Shown piece after piece: positions 50,360-61,680 of a stretch of DNA of 64,000 nt. Under the pieces are notes generated by a model. It was not told the DNA's origin and did not search any database. It saw nothing but the letters and a program-made list of their open reading frames with translations. How positions within the stretch are numbered: position 1 is the first letter of the stretch; each line of letters begins with the position of its first letter. The translations under genes and the position numbers were made by a program. Source of the DNA: Mobula hypostoma (lineage: Eukaryota); the NCBI RefSeq assembly GCF_963921235.1, contig NC_086100.1, forward strand, positions 200,510,001 to 200,574,000. Reading direction: 5' to 3'.

Positions 50360-51065
50360 GGAAGAGACAACGGCTCCTAATGGCGACTCCTTCACTTGCA
50401 TCTTCGGAAACAGCTCTATTTCCATTTTCAATATCTCTATTTTTCCCTTTCAGGGTTCTGAGCTGGAGTTACACGCTGACTTCGGTTCTTCGTGGGAATG
50501 GGACCCGCTCTCGGGGTTTCAAGGCCGGCTGTTATTCGATATGCCAAGGATGCAGCCTAAGAGATTAGCTCACCCTTTGGAGTTCCAGGATCTCGTGACT
50601 CTGGAGACAGGTGGACTGGGGGTCGGTGTCTCCGCAGGAATCCGGTGTGTTGTGGGAATACACGGAAGATCGAAAGCAGAGAGCTGGCTGCTGGCTGTGT
50701 GCACAGAGACCCGAGTTCTTTGGGCACAGAGCTTGGAAAAAGTGACGCAATAAACTTTTAACATCGTAAACCAGCCAGTTGTTTGTTATGTCTCCCCTTT
50801 CACCGTGAAATGGAGACATCTCTTTCTTCCTTATGAGGGAGAGTGAGAGCTGTGGTATGTTGAATTCTGGGAGAACGAGTAGTCTTTGGAGTATTGCAAG
50901 TCTGCGTCTTTGCTGATGCTTTACTGCAGGCTTGAGTGTTTGGTGGTGAGTGCTGATGCTTTTGGTTTCCTGGTAGGAGAGGGGGTGATTGTCACTTTGC
51001 TGCTTACGGGTAGGAGGGAAGAGCTGGGGGGCTTTGGGGTTCTAACATTTAGGGTTCATTCATTC
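50360..51065 (+). repeat. Unclassified probable interspersed repeat
   Basis: Non-coding; resembles non-autonomous repeats I associate with ray genomes; no second copy in the window. Confidence 0.35.
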
Positions 51066-51129
51066 TTTGTAGACGGTGGAATTGTGTTAGTTAACCTCCA
51101 TCTAAACTCATAGCAACTCATTACAATTC

Positions 51130-51320
51130 ATGTTCTCAGCATTCTTTGGTCATTTGCACAGTTTGACTTCTTTTGGACATTGGTTGTTTGTCAGAATTTA
51201 TGTAAAGTGTTTTTGTGAATTTTATTGTACCCTCCTGTACAATGCCTGCAAGAAAATGAATCTCAAGATAGTATATGGTGACAGACATATACTTTGATAA
51301 TAAATTTACATTAGAACTTT
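51130..51320 (+). mobile_element. Retroelement 3'-tail repeat (same family as 10826-11010)
   Basis: Homology within the window. Confidence 0.6.
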
Positions 51321-51454
51321 GGTACAACAAAACGGACATCAGATAAATTCATGTGTATACCATAGCGATCAATGAAGATTCCACACAGATTGCTTTGCCA
51401 GTCAGCACAGGGGAATAGTGGTTCTGTCAATAAATGGGACAACTTGTGTATCAG

Positions 51455-52345
51455 CCCCACCCTCTCACATGGACCGTCCGGACCCCACCCTCTCACACGG
51501 ACCGTTCGACCCCACCCCCTCACGCGGACCGTTCGGACCCCACCACTCACACAGTCTGCTCAGACCCCACCCCCCTCACACGGACCGTTCGGACCCCACC
51601 CCTCACACAGTCTGCTCAGACCCCCCCCCACATGGACCGTTCGGACCCCACCCCCTCACATGGACCGTCCGGACCCCACCCCTCACACAGTCTGCTCAGA
51701 CCCCACCCCCCCTCACATGGACCGTTCAGACCCCACCCCTCACGCGGACTGTTCAGACCCCCACCCTCACGCGGACCATTCGGACCCCACCACTCACGCG
51801 GACCGTTCGGACCCCACCCCTCACGCGGATTGTTCTGACCCCACTCCCTCACGCGGACCGTTCGGACCCCACCCCTTCCACAGTCTGCTCAGACCCCACC
51901 CCTCACATGGACTGTTCGGACCCCCACCCTCACACGGACCGTGCGGGCCCCACCCCCTCACACGGACCGTTCGGACCCCACACCCCACACGGACCGTTCG
52001 GACCCCACCCCTTACACAGTCTGCTCAGACCCCACCCCTCACATGGACTGTTTGGACCCCCACCCTCACACGGACCGTTCGGACCCCACCCCTCACACAG
52101 TCTGCTCAGACCCCACCCCCTCACACGGACCTTTCAGACCCCACCACTCATACGGACCGTCCAGTCCCCACCCCCTCACACGGACCGTTCGGACCCCATC
52201 CCTCACACTGACCGCTCGGACCCCACCCCCTTGCATGGACCGTTCGGACCCCCACCCTCACACGAACCGTTCCGACCCTACCCCTCACACAGACCGTTTG
52301 GACCCCACCTCTCAGACGGACTGTTCAGACCCCACCCCCTCACAG
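51455..52345. repeat. CpG-rich 27-29 bp minisatellite CCCCACCCCTCACACGGACCGTTCGGAC with the variant CACAGTCTGCTCAGAC
   Basis: About 30 tandem units. Confidence 0.97.
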
Positions 52346-53454
52346 GCCAACAGCTTAGAACATGAATTCTACTGTTCCTTCTGCACCAATACTCACTCAG
52401 ACCACTTTTCCAATTTATAACACTGAAATAGAGGATCTCCATTGGCCTGATGATCGATCCTTTCTTCGCCCAGCCCCTGGCGTGGGGATTCTTCCTTGTG
52501 ATGGTGGGTCTCAACAGATTTATCGCTGATAGCGCACTCGAAATTTCCACTTTCATACTCATTTCTTACCAATTCAAATATTGCATTCCAGTGTCATTGG
52601 CTGTAGGTCATCTGATTGACCTTTAACACCTTTTTACTGGATCTGCTCCAGGCCAGCATCCATTTATAGACCTCTTCCCAGCAAGTGACAGTTGGTAATT
52701 TATGGTTGTTTGTTCTCTTCAGTAAACCAGGTCGAATCACTGCAGGCTGCCACCAACACCAACATTCACAAACCTGCATGTTATGTTATTATCAAAGACA
52801 CCTCACAAATAACTTCTTATTTGGAAATGATCTTCAGTCCAGCAGATTACCTGGAACATCATTGTGTCTACTTTAAAACACGGAGAGCAAAGCAACTCCA
52901 TCTCACAAAATGGAGGACGTAAAACAGTTCCACAAAATGGCAGCCTCCATCTCTGAGCATATGGCAGGAACAAAGACAGTTGACTGTCTGCTTCCACTGT
53001 TCTTGACCCACTTGAGTTCAACGTTTTCTTCCATATTTTGAATTCACCACGGCCATCTCTAATCTAGATGGCCTTTAAATGTTGGTAATATGGCTACCTC
53101 AACTACTATTCCTGGCAGCTCATCCCACCCTTTGCGTGAAGAAGCTGCCCCTGATGTTCCTATCGAATCCCTCTCCTTTGATCTTAAAGCTGTGTTGATT
53201 TGTTTATAGCATCCCCACCATGGGAAAAAGACTGCCTTTTCACCCATCTGTGCTGCTCATGATCTCATGTAGCTCCATCAGGTCACCCCGAATCTCTTAC
53301 GTTCCAGGGAATCAAGTCCCTCTCCTTATAACTCAGGCCCCCAAGTCCAGCTACATCCTACTCCTTACTCTGAATTTATGCCCTCTAGTTTGGAACCTCT
53401 GCCTATCCTCTCTGTCCTCAGGATTTTGTACACCTCTGTCATATCATAAAGAAA

Positions 53455-54000
53455 GCTCTTGGCACACTGGCCTTCATAACTCAAAGTATTGAGTACAGGA
53501 GTTGGGATGTTATGCTGAAATTGTATAAGATGTTGCTGAGACCTAATTTTGAGTCAAAAAATTTACAAAGCTGTTGCCGGGTCTGGAGGACCTGAGTTAT
53601 AAGGAAAGATTGACTAGGTTAGCACTTTATTCCTTGGAATGTAGAGATTGAGGGGAGATTTGATTGAAGTATACAAAATTATGAGGGGTATAGATATGCA
53701 AGCAGGCTGTTTCCACTGAGGTTGGGTGGCACTACAATCAGAGGTCATGGGTTAAGGGTGAAAGGTGAGAAATTTAAGGGGACCTTGAGGGGAAACTTCT
53801 TCACTCAGAGGCTCGTGGGAGTGTGGAATGAGCTGCCAGTAGAAGTGGTGGACGCGAGCTCAATTTCAATGTTTAAGAGAAGTTTGGATATGTACATGGA
53901 TGGTAGGGATCTGGAGGGCTCTGGTATCGGTGCAGGTTGATGGGAGTCAGCAGTTTAAATAGTCCAGAATGAGTGGGCTGTTTCTGTGCTACACTTTTCT
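53455..54000 (+). mobile_element. CR1 3' fragment; older minus-strand CR1 scraps flank it at ~53055-53450 and ~54080-54320
   Basis: LRGDLIEVYKIMRG, RGHGLRV, NFFTQR, WNELP. Confidence 0.8.
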
Positions 54001-54427
54001 ATGACTCTCTGCCTCCCCGCCTCAGACTGTGAAGCCCCAGGCAAAAGAAACCTGTGCCTATCCATTCTGTCCTCTGGCAGCTTTCGAACACGGAAGAGTG
54101 CAGCATAGGAATAGGCCCTCGTGCTGTCCACAATGCCAAACTAAACTCAACCCATCTATGTGCATGTGACCCATGTCCTTCCATTCATGTGCCTGTCTGG
54201 ATGTCTCAAACACTACCATTGTGTGTAATTCCACCAGTACTCCTGGAAGTATGTCCCAGACATCCACCACTGTGCGCAATAAAAAACTTATTCAAATCTC
54301 TCCTTTTTCACCTTAAACCTGGATGTCAACATCTCCAAAGATCTATCCTGGGCTCAACATATTAATGCAATTAAGAAGAAGGCACACCAGTGGCTATATT
54401 TCATTATAAGTTTGAGGAGATTTGATA

Positions 54428-57400
54428 TAGAAACATAGAAAACCAACAGCACAATACAGGCCCTTCGGCCCACAAAGTTGTGCCGAACATGTCCCTACCT
54501 TAGAAATTACTAGGCTTACCTAAAACCCTCTATTTTTCTAAGCTCCATGTACCTATCCAAAAGTCTCTTAAAAGACCCGATCGTATCTGCCTCCACCACC
54601 ATCGCCAGCAGCCCATTCCACACACTCACCACTCTCTGCGTAAAAAACTTACCCCTGACATCTCCTCTGTACTTACTCCCAAGCACCTTAAACCTGTGTT
54701 CTCTTGTGGCAACCATTTCAGCCCTGGGAAAAAGCCTCTGACTATCTACACGATCAATGCCTCTGATCATCTTAGATACTTCTATCAGGTCACCTCTCAT
54801 CCTCAGTCACTCCAAGAAAAAAAGGCTGAGTTCACTCACTCAATCTATTCTCATAGGCATGCTCCCCATTCCAGGCAACATCCTAGTAAATCTCCTCTGC
54901 ACCCTTTCTATGGCTTCCACATCCTTCCTGTAGTGAGGCGACCAGAACTGAGCACAGTACTCCAAGTGGGGTCTGACCAGGGTCCTATATAGAAACATAG
55001 AAAATAGGTGCAGGAGTAGGCCATTCGGCATCAGCAAACTTACTAACCCATCCCTCCACTTCCTAATCCAGGTCATTTATAAAAATAATGGAGTAAATGT
55101 CCAAGCACAGATCCCTGAGGCACACCACTGGTCACAGACCTCCATGCAGAATATGACCCGTCTACAACCACTCTTTGTCTTCTGTGGGCAAGGCAGTTCT
55201 GGATCCACAAAGCAATGTCCCCTTGGATCCCATACCTCCTTACTTTCTCAATAAGCCTTGCATGGGGTACCTTATCAAATGCCTTGCTGAAATCCATATA
55301 CACTACATCTACTGCTCTTCCTTCATCAATGTGTTTAGACACATCCTCAAAAAATTCAATCAGGCTCATAAGGCACGACCTGCCCTTGACAAAGCCATGC
55401 TGACTATTCCTGATCATATTATACCTCTCCAAATGTTCATAAATCCTGCCTCTCAGGATCTTCTCCATCAACTTACCAACCACTGAGGTAAGACTCACTG
55501 GTCTATAATTTCCTGGGCTAACTCTACTCCCTTTCTTAAATAAAGGAACAACATCTGCAACGTTCCAATCCTCTGGAACCTCTCCCATCCCCATTGATGA
55601 TGCAAAGATCATCGCCAGAGGCTCAGCAATCTCCTCCCTCACCTCCCACAGTACCTCTCATCTGGTCCCGGCGACTTATCCAACTTGATGCTTTCCAAAA
55701 GCTCCAGCATATCCTCTTTCTTAATATCTACTTGCTCAAGCTTTACAGTCTGCTGCAAGTCATCACTACAACCATCAAGGTCCTTTTCCATAGTGAATAC
55801 TGAAGTATTCATTAAGTACCTCTGCTATTTCCTCCGGTTCTGTACACACTTTCCCACTGTCACACTTGATAGGTGCTGTTCTTTCACATCTTATCCTCTT
55901 GCTCTTCACACACTTGTAGAATGCCTTGAGGTTTTCCTTAATCCTGCCCACCAAGGCCTTCTCATGGCCCCTTCTGGCTCTCCTAATTTCCTTCTTAAGC
56001 TCCTTCCTGTTAGCTTTATAATCTTCTAGATCTCTAACATTACCTAGCTCTCTGAGCCCTTTTGTAAGCTTTTCTTTTCTTCTTGACCAGATTTAATACA
56101 GCCTTTGTATACCACAGTTCCTGTACCCTACCATAACTTCGCTGTCTCATTAAAATGTACCTATGCAGAACTCCACACAGATATCCCCTGAACATTTGCC
56201 ACATTTCTTCCGTACTTTTCCCTGAGAATATCTGTTTCCAATTTAAGCTTCCAATTTCCTGCCTGATAGCCTCATAATTCCTCTTACTCCAATTAAACAC
56301 GTTTCTAACTTGTCTGTTCCTATCTCTCTCCAATGCTATTGTAAGGGAGATAGAATTATGATTACTAGCTCCAAAATGCTCTCCCACTGAGAGATCTGAC
56401 ACCTGACCAGGTTCATTTCCCAATACCAGATCAAGTACAGCCTCTCTTCTTGTAGGTTTATCTACATATTGTGTCAAGAAACCTCCCTGAACACATCTAA
56501 CAAACTCCACCCCATCTAAACCTCTTGCTCCAGGGAGATGCCAATCGATATTTGGGAAATTAAAATCTCCCATCACGACAACTCTGTTATTATTACACCT
56601 TTCCAGGATATGTTTCTCTATCTGCTCCTCGATATCCCTGTTACTATTGGACAGCATATAAAAAACACCCAGTAAATTTATTGACCCCTTCCTGTTCCTA
56701 ACCTCCACCCACAGAGACTCCGTAGACAATCCCTCCATGGTGTCCACCTTTTCTGCAGCCGTGACGCTATCTCTGATCAACAGTGCCACGCCCCCATCTC
56801 TTTTGCCTCCCTCCCTGTCCTTTGTGAAACATCTAAAACCCGGCACTTGAAGTAACCATTCCTGTCCCTGAGCCATCCAGGTCTCTGTAATGGCCACAAC
56901 ATCATAGCTCCAAGTACTGATCCACGCTCGAAGCTCATCCGCTTTGTTCACAATACTCCTTGTGTTAAAATAGACATACCTCAAGCCTTCAGTCTGATTG
57001 TGTCCTTTCTCTATGACCTGCCTATCCTCCCTCACGCTGTCTCCAAGCTTTCTCTATTTGTGAGCCAACCGCCTCTTCCCCAGTTCCTTCAGTTCGGTTC
57101 CCACCCCCAACAATTCTAGTTTAAACTCTCCCCAGTAGCCAAAGCAAACCTCCCAGTCAGGATATTGGTCCCCCTGGGATTCAAGTGCAACCTGTCCTTT
57201 TTGTACTGGTCACACCTGCCCCAAAAGAGATCCCAAAGATTCAGAAATCTGAATCCCTGCGCCCTGCTCCAATCCCTCAGCCACGCATTTATCGTCCACT
57301 TCATTGCATTCCTACTGTCACTGTCGCGTGGCACAGGCAGTAATCCAGAGATTCCTACCTTTGCGGTCCTACTTCTCAACTTCCTTCCTAAGGGAGCTAG

Positions 57401-58400
57401 GGCTTTATTCTTTGGAGAGAAGGAGGATGAGAGGAGACATGATAGAGGTGTACAAGATAATAACAGGAATAGATAGAGTGGATAGCCAGCGCCTCTTCCC
57501 CAGGGCACCACTGCTCAGTACAAGAGGACATGGCTTTAAGGTAAGAGGTGGGAAGTTCAAGGGGGATATTAGAGGAAGGATTTTTACTCAGAGAGTGGTT
57601 GGTGCGTGGAATGCACTGCCTGAGTCAGTGGTGGAGGCAGATACACTAGTGAAGTTTAAGAGACTACTAGACAGGTATATGGAGGAATCTAAGGTGGGGG
57701 GTTATATGGGAGGCAGGGTTTGAGGGTCGGCACAACATTGTGGGCCAAAGGGTCTGTACTGTGCTGTACTATTCTAAGCCTGTTTTCAGGACCTCTTCCC
57801 TTTTCCTACCTATGTCATTGGTACCAATATTTACCACAACCTCTGGAGGTTCTCCCTCCCACTGCAGGATATCTTGGATGCCATCAGAAACATCCCGGAC
57901 CCTGGCACCTGGGAGGCAAACTACCATCCACGTTTCTTTCCTGCATCCACAGAATCGCCTGTCTGACCCCCTAACTATAGATTCCCTTATCACTACTGCC
58001 TTCCTCTTCCTTTCCCTACCCTTCTGAGCCTCAGGGCCGGACTCTGTGTCAGAGACATTGGCCACTGTTGCTTCCCCCAGGAAGGCTGTTCCCCCCCCCC
58101 CCAAGAAGTATTCAAACAGGAGTACTTATTGTCAAGGGGTACAGCCACAGGGGTACTCTCTAGTACCCGATTCTTCCCCTTCCCCCTCCTGACTGTGACC
58201 CACTTGTCTGTCTCCCGTGGCCCCGGTGTGACCACCTGCCTATAACTCCTTCCTATCACCTCCTCGCTCTCTCTGGCCAGGCGAAGGTTATCGAGCTGCG
58301 TCTCCAGTTCCCTAACGCGGCCCCCAAGAAGCTGCAGTTCAACACACCGGGTGCAGATATGGCCGTCCGGGAGGCTGGGAGTCTCCAGGACTCCGGATTT
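54428..58400 (-). mobile_element. Near full-length CR1 (same family as 36003-40313), lacking the 5'UTR, with two secondary insertions
   Basis: 331 aa EN ORF, RT ORFs and ORF1 esterase; collinear with the 36-40 kb copy. Confidence 0.95.
57391..57776 (+). mobile_element. CR1 3' end inserted in ORF1 of the 54428-58400 element
   Basis: RELGLYSLERRRMRGDMIEVYK...YMGGRV, nearly identical to the 3' end of the 16770-20090 copy. Confidence 0.93.
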
Positions 58401-58518
58401 GGTATGTCACCATGGACTGTGATAAATTTCTACAGAGAGAGCACTCGAACTGGATGCAACACCATCTGATATGCAGGCACCAATGGACCCCTGCCAAGCC
58501 CACCCACTGCATCTTTAC

Positions 58519-58749
58519 CTGATTCTCAATGTAAATTCTGAAGCACTGGTCCAGAGCTTGGCTGATGACGTCCTCGATGATGTCCATCACACTGTTCTCG
58601 CCGTCTTCGGCTGCTACCATAGCCTGCCAGTCGTTCTCTGTGAAGCGGCCAGGCACTAGCTCCACCAGGGCAGCCACAGGAGCGGGGGCAGGAACAAGTG
58701 CAGCCCTGCTCTTATCCAAACGGGACTTCGGCATCGCCGATCGCGACAT
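58519..58749 (-). CDS. c2orf81: C2orf81-like, first coding exon
   Basis: MSRSAMPKSRLDKSR...VELVPGRFTENDW...EDGENSVMDIIEDVI...CFRIYIENQ; donor CAG|GTAAAG, phase 0; probable acceptor just upstream, exon starting at 58754. Confidence 0.9.
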
Positions 58750-59084
58750 GATTCCTTAGTGTAGAGATCAGAGCACCTTATCACTGATCACAGGGCTCTG
58801 GCGCAGAGTACCGGTCGCAGTGACCCACTGGGAGTGAGGGGGAAGGAGGGATTACCCTATTCCGCAGGACCTGGGAGTCACTGATTAGGCCAGCGTTTGA
58901 TTGCCTGTCCCTAGCTACCCAGGAGAAGGAGGTGACAAGCTGCAGCCTCTGAGGTGTGGGGCACACTCACAGTGCTATCAGTGAGGGAGCTCCAGTATTC
59001 AGACTCAGTGATGGGAGTGGAACAGTGTGCTATGTCCAAGCTGGGGTTGCATGCGGCTAGGAGGAAGGAAAACGCACGCAAGAG

Positions 59085-59470
59085 GCAAAAATTCAGGGAT
59101 CTCCTTACACTGATGGGAGAAACTGAGGGATAGTTATTCTGGTGGGCTAAGAGATCTCCTTTCCCTGAGGATCCCTGAGATTGAGGGATCTTCTCACTCT
59201 TGGGGGAGAGACCGAGGGATCTCCTTGCTCTTGGGGAGAGACCGAAGGATCTCTTTACTCTTGGGGGCAGAAACCGAGGGATCTCCTCGCTCTTGGGGGC
59301 AGAAACCAAGAGATCTCATCACTCTTGGGGAGAGACCGAGGGATATCCTCACTCTTGGGGGCAGAGACTGAGGGATCTCCTCACTCTTGGGGGCAGAGAC
59401 CGAGGGATCTCCTCACTCTTGGGGGCAGAGACCGAGGGATCTCCTCGCTCTTGGGGGCGAGACTGAGGGG
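59085..59470. repeat. 31-32 bp minisatellite GAGGGATCTCCTCACTCTTGGGGGCAGAGACC
   Basis: About 9 good units plus degenerate ones; period 32 (59370, 59402). Confidence 0.95.
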
Positions 59471-59746
59471 AGCCTTCGCGAACGGTAAGGGAAAGAGATA
59501 GGCCGCGGGAAACCCTCAACCCGGTGGAGGAAACAGATCTAGGAATCCCCCTTCCTCGGGAGGGTAAAACTCAGGGATCTCCTCACTCTGATGGAAGGCG
59601 GGGCTGCAGACACAGAGCAACTCTTCCGGGGAATAAGCAGCCCCAGGTATATCACTCGTTGCGGTGGGAAGGGGAACAGACCCAAAGGACCCTCCGTCCT
59701 CACTCCGGGAGGGGCTGCACAGCGATCCCTCTCCCCGCCCGCCCAC

Positions 59747-59830
59747 CTGGTTCGTCGGCCTCCCGGTGCTCGCTGCTCGGCTCAGGACCGCGTCCTCCCG
59801 CCGTCTCTGGGCAACAGGCTCCGCCCGAGC
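59747..59830 (-). other. Putative non-coding first exon of C2orf81-like
   Basis: Donor CCAG|GTGGGC at 59746 inside the CpG island; start site unknown. Confidence 0.45.
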
Positions 59831-59864
59831 CCGATGACGTCAGCACGCTCTTCGACGTCAGACG

Positions 59865-59900
59865 AACGTTCTGGAGACGGTGTCGGTCACCATGGAGCCG
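59865..59900 (+). other. Putative first exon of a divergent + strand gene (ATG GAG CCG then donor); identity unknown
   Basis: Strong Kozak context GTCACCATGG (ATG at 59892) and consensus donor CCG|GTGAGT at 59901; 5' boundary approximate. Confidence 0.55.
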
Positions 59901-60329
59901 GTGAGTGAGGCCTGGGCAGGTTGGGGACGCGCTGGAGGGAGTGATGGCTTCGGCCGATGGGCTGAGGGATGTTGCGGGGTGAAGAGGGGCCGGGTGGGAT
60001 CGGGGAGCGATTTTGGGAAGGGCAGTGAGATGGCGGGATTACAGGGGCATGAGTTAGTACGGGGGACGGGTGAAGGGAGAGATGGGAAGAGGGTTGAGGG
60101 AGTAGAGGGGGAGATGGTAAACCGGACCGCAGGCAATCTGTTCTCCAGGACGTGGTGGTGGGGCAGTTAGTGAGCCTGAGGCAAGTCCTCCCGGGGTTTG
60201 AAAGGCAAACCAAACATTCATCTTGCTCAGCCTTGTTTGATTCAGTTCTACTTTGGTCTTTTGATCAGATATTGAGCAAACCCGTCTCCATGTCATCCAG
60301 ATAACCTTGGTCTCTGGACAACTAGAGAC

Positions 60330-60795
60330 ATCTACCTCCCCATGAGCCTCCACATTCGGCGCACCAAGTCCAGCCATTTTCAATGGTATCCTACCACCAA
60401 ATACATCTTCACCTTCCCTCCCCCACTATCTGCTTTCCACAGGAAATCTCTGTGTCCATCTGTCCCTCTGGTTCCTCCCCTTCTTTCCTGTCTCCCACGG
60501 TCCATTCTCCTCTCCAATCAGATTCATCTTATTCAACCCTGTTCCTTTCCCACCAATCACCTCCCAGCTTCGTACTTCACCCCTGCCTTCTCCAGCCACC
60601 TGTGTTCCTCTCACCTGGTCACACCTGCCACTTGCCAGCTTGTACGCCTTCCACTCTCCCTACTTTCTTATTCTGGCATCTCCCTTATTCATTTTCAGGC
60701 CCAATGAAGGGTCTTGGCTTGAAGCATTGACTGTTTATTCACTTCCATGCTGCCCGACTTACGCAGTCCCCCCAGCTCTTTGTGTGTGATGCACA
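60330..60795 (+). mobile_element. Old Penelope remnant with decayed hammerhead (60697-60732)
   Basis: AGGCCCAATGAAGGGTCTTGGCTTGAAGCATTGACT aligns to the intact hammerhead copies but both cores are broken. Confidence 0.7.
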
Positions 60796-61189
60796 GATAT
60801 TATGTCTGCTCTTGATACCCATTCTGCTCTCTGCAGCGTTACCTTCCCATTCTAAATATTCTCTGTTTCTCCACAGGTGTGACTGCACTTGCTGAAGGTC
60901 CCCAGTACTTACCGGTGTTGTATCACATTTGACATATATTTTGTGACCTTAAGCAGCAGAACACATGAAGTACCTTTGACCTGATGTGTTGCTTGGTCTC
61001 TCCACGGATGCTGCGTAATTGGCTAGGTTCTTCCAGCATTTTCTGCTTCTGTTTCAGATTTCAGAATCTACAGTAATATTTGTTTGCCTGTACCAAGGTA
61101 ATTGGTTTGTTATGTTTTTCATTTTATTTATAGCTACAGGGTGGAACGGGTCCTTCCAGTCCACTGATGTGTGTATATGTGTGTGTGTG

Positions 61190-61672
61190 TATATAAAGTC
61201 AACGTTCAATGTAGGACTGCCCCAGGGAATTCTGCTGCAGATTTTTACCTCGGGGTTTGTTCCCAAAATCTTCCCCTTAGGTGGGTACAGCCACACAACG
61301 CAACAGAGTTTTAAGATCAGAATTTTCCTTGTAGACGAGCTGCCAACCATGACTGATGAGCCCCATCAGCCCAAAGCGACTGGTTTTAAGGTGCCAGTAA
61401 CCTGCCTTTGCCCTCCTTCTGTCACTAGAAATGGTTCTGCCAGCTCACTAGCTAAGCCACATTTGAAAACCAGGATCAGGACTTGGTTGTCAGTGGCTAT
61501 TTGAGACACACAGCATTGGGAGCATTTAATAGATAGTGGGAGCTTATCTCCACTACCCCTCTCCCCCTCTCCCCCTCTCCCCCTCTCCCCCTCTCCCCCT
61601 CTCCCCCTCTCCCCCTCTCCCCCTCTCCCCCTCTCCCCCTCTCCCCCCAGTTATGACAACCTTGAGGAACCA
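61190..61672 (-). mobile_element. Probable RTE-type 5'UTR-derived repeat
   Basis: Minus strand GGCAGCTCGTCTACAAGGAAAATTCTGATCTTAAAAC resembles the RTE 5' motif I recall as GGCA..CTAGGAGAAGGAAAACTCTGA; several hairpins. Confidence 0.4.
61556..61648. repeat. (CCCCCTCT)n octamer microsatellite, ~11 copies
   Basis: Perfect tandem repeat. Confidence 0.97.
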
Positions 61673-61680
61673 TAAGAGTT

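Larger units (their letters stand above)
59480..60130. promoter_or_regulatory. CpG island; probable bidirectional promoter with CRE, GC-box and RFX X-box-like sites
   Basis: TGACGTCA 59835-59842; CGACGTCA 59853-59860; GTCTCTGGGCAAC 59803-59815; CCGCCC boxes; outward-facing splice donors on both strands. Confidence 0.75.

Noticed and set aside
51372..52420. His/Pro-rich ORFs
   Set aside because: Translations of the minisatellite.
59880..60170. 96 aa Gly-rich ORF (MEPVSEAWAG...)
   Set aside because: It reads through a consensus splice donor into G-rich intron-like sequence; no recognisable domain.
61353..61385. CTGATGAG hammerhead-like core on the + strand
   Set aside because: No pairing stem II and no GAAA.
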